Assembly: GCA_965224245.1 (NCBI GenBank)
Contig: CBDCYW010000017.1
Location: forward strand, 1 to 16,387
DNA: 16,387 nucleotides
Direction of reading: 5' to 3'
Origin: Candidatus Eiseniibacteriota bacterium
GTDB lineage: Bacteria > Eisenbacteria > RBG-16-71-46 > CAZAMP01
In this document: in pieces, positions 16,368-16,387 of the stretch
How the letters are laid out: every line of letters begins with the position of its first letter
Position numbering within the stretch: the first letter of the stretch is position 1
Translations under genes and position numbers: made by a program
The notes under the pieces: model-generated
Databases searched by the model: none
What the model was told of the DNA's origin: nothing
The model's input: the letters and a program-made list of their open reading frames with translations, nothing else

Positions 16368-16387
16368 CACGGTGCCCGAGACGCGTG
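16351..16387 (+). CDS. Start of a further gene, truncated by window end (MPSSPSTVPETR...)
   Basis: ATG 16351 is preceded by GAGGAGG and overlaps the methylase stop. The frame is open to the window edge. Confidence 0.4.
   Translation, partial: MPSSPSTVPETR

Larger units (their letters stand above)
8534..16387. mobile_element. Integrated phage-like/integrative element (serine integrase end plus replication module); continues beyond the window
   Basis: Serine integrase and DUF2924 at one end, a divergent regulatory region, then O-like initiator with origin, DnaB and DNA methylase. No att site was identified and no virion genes are visible in the window. Confidence 0.8.

Noticed and set aside
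1-16387. tRNA, rRNA or explicit attL/attR core repeats
   Set aside because: None recognisable by eye. The far end of the element lies outside the window, so att sites cannot be paired.

Overview
GC-rich bacterial window. The secreted-protein architecture suggests an FCB-group candidate phylum such as Eisenbacteria or Krumholzibacteriota; this is inference only. Left (1-4596): two tandem paralogous secreted beta-helix/CARDB/C-terminal FlgD-Ig-like proteins, the second split by two +1 G-run frameshifts. Next come an overlapping HNH nuclease plus uracil-DNA-glycosylase-superfamily pair (4593-5937), a divergent histone-H1-like protein / catalytic-domain-only tyrosine recombinase pair (6057-7666) and a haemolysin III gene. 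Right (8534-end): an integrated phage-like element. Its leftward arm carries a large sigma70-region-4 protein, a small ORF, DUF2924, a large serine recombinase and an HTH partner. Its rightward arm carries a lambda-O-like initiator with an internal four-iteron origin, DnaB, a frameshifted Dam-like adenine methylase and the start of a further gene. The most striking unannotated signals are two bipartite CTTG-led motifs. One is a mirror-image pair, CTTGTA-N15-GTCCGTACCGGGT, each copy followed by a hairpin, GGAGGCAGG and an ATG exactly 44 nt away, at the element's divergence point. The other, CTTGAT-N13-15-GAGCG-N2-3-CATGT, occurs three times and links the two recombinase modules.
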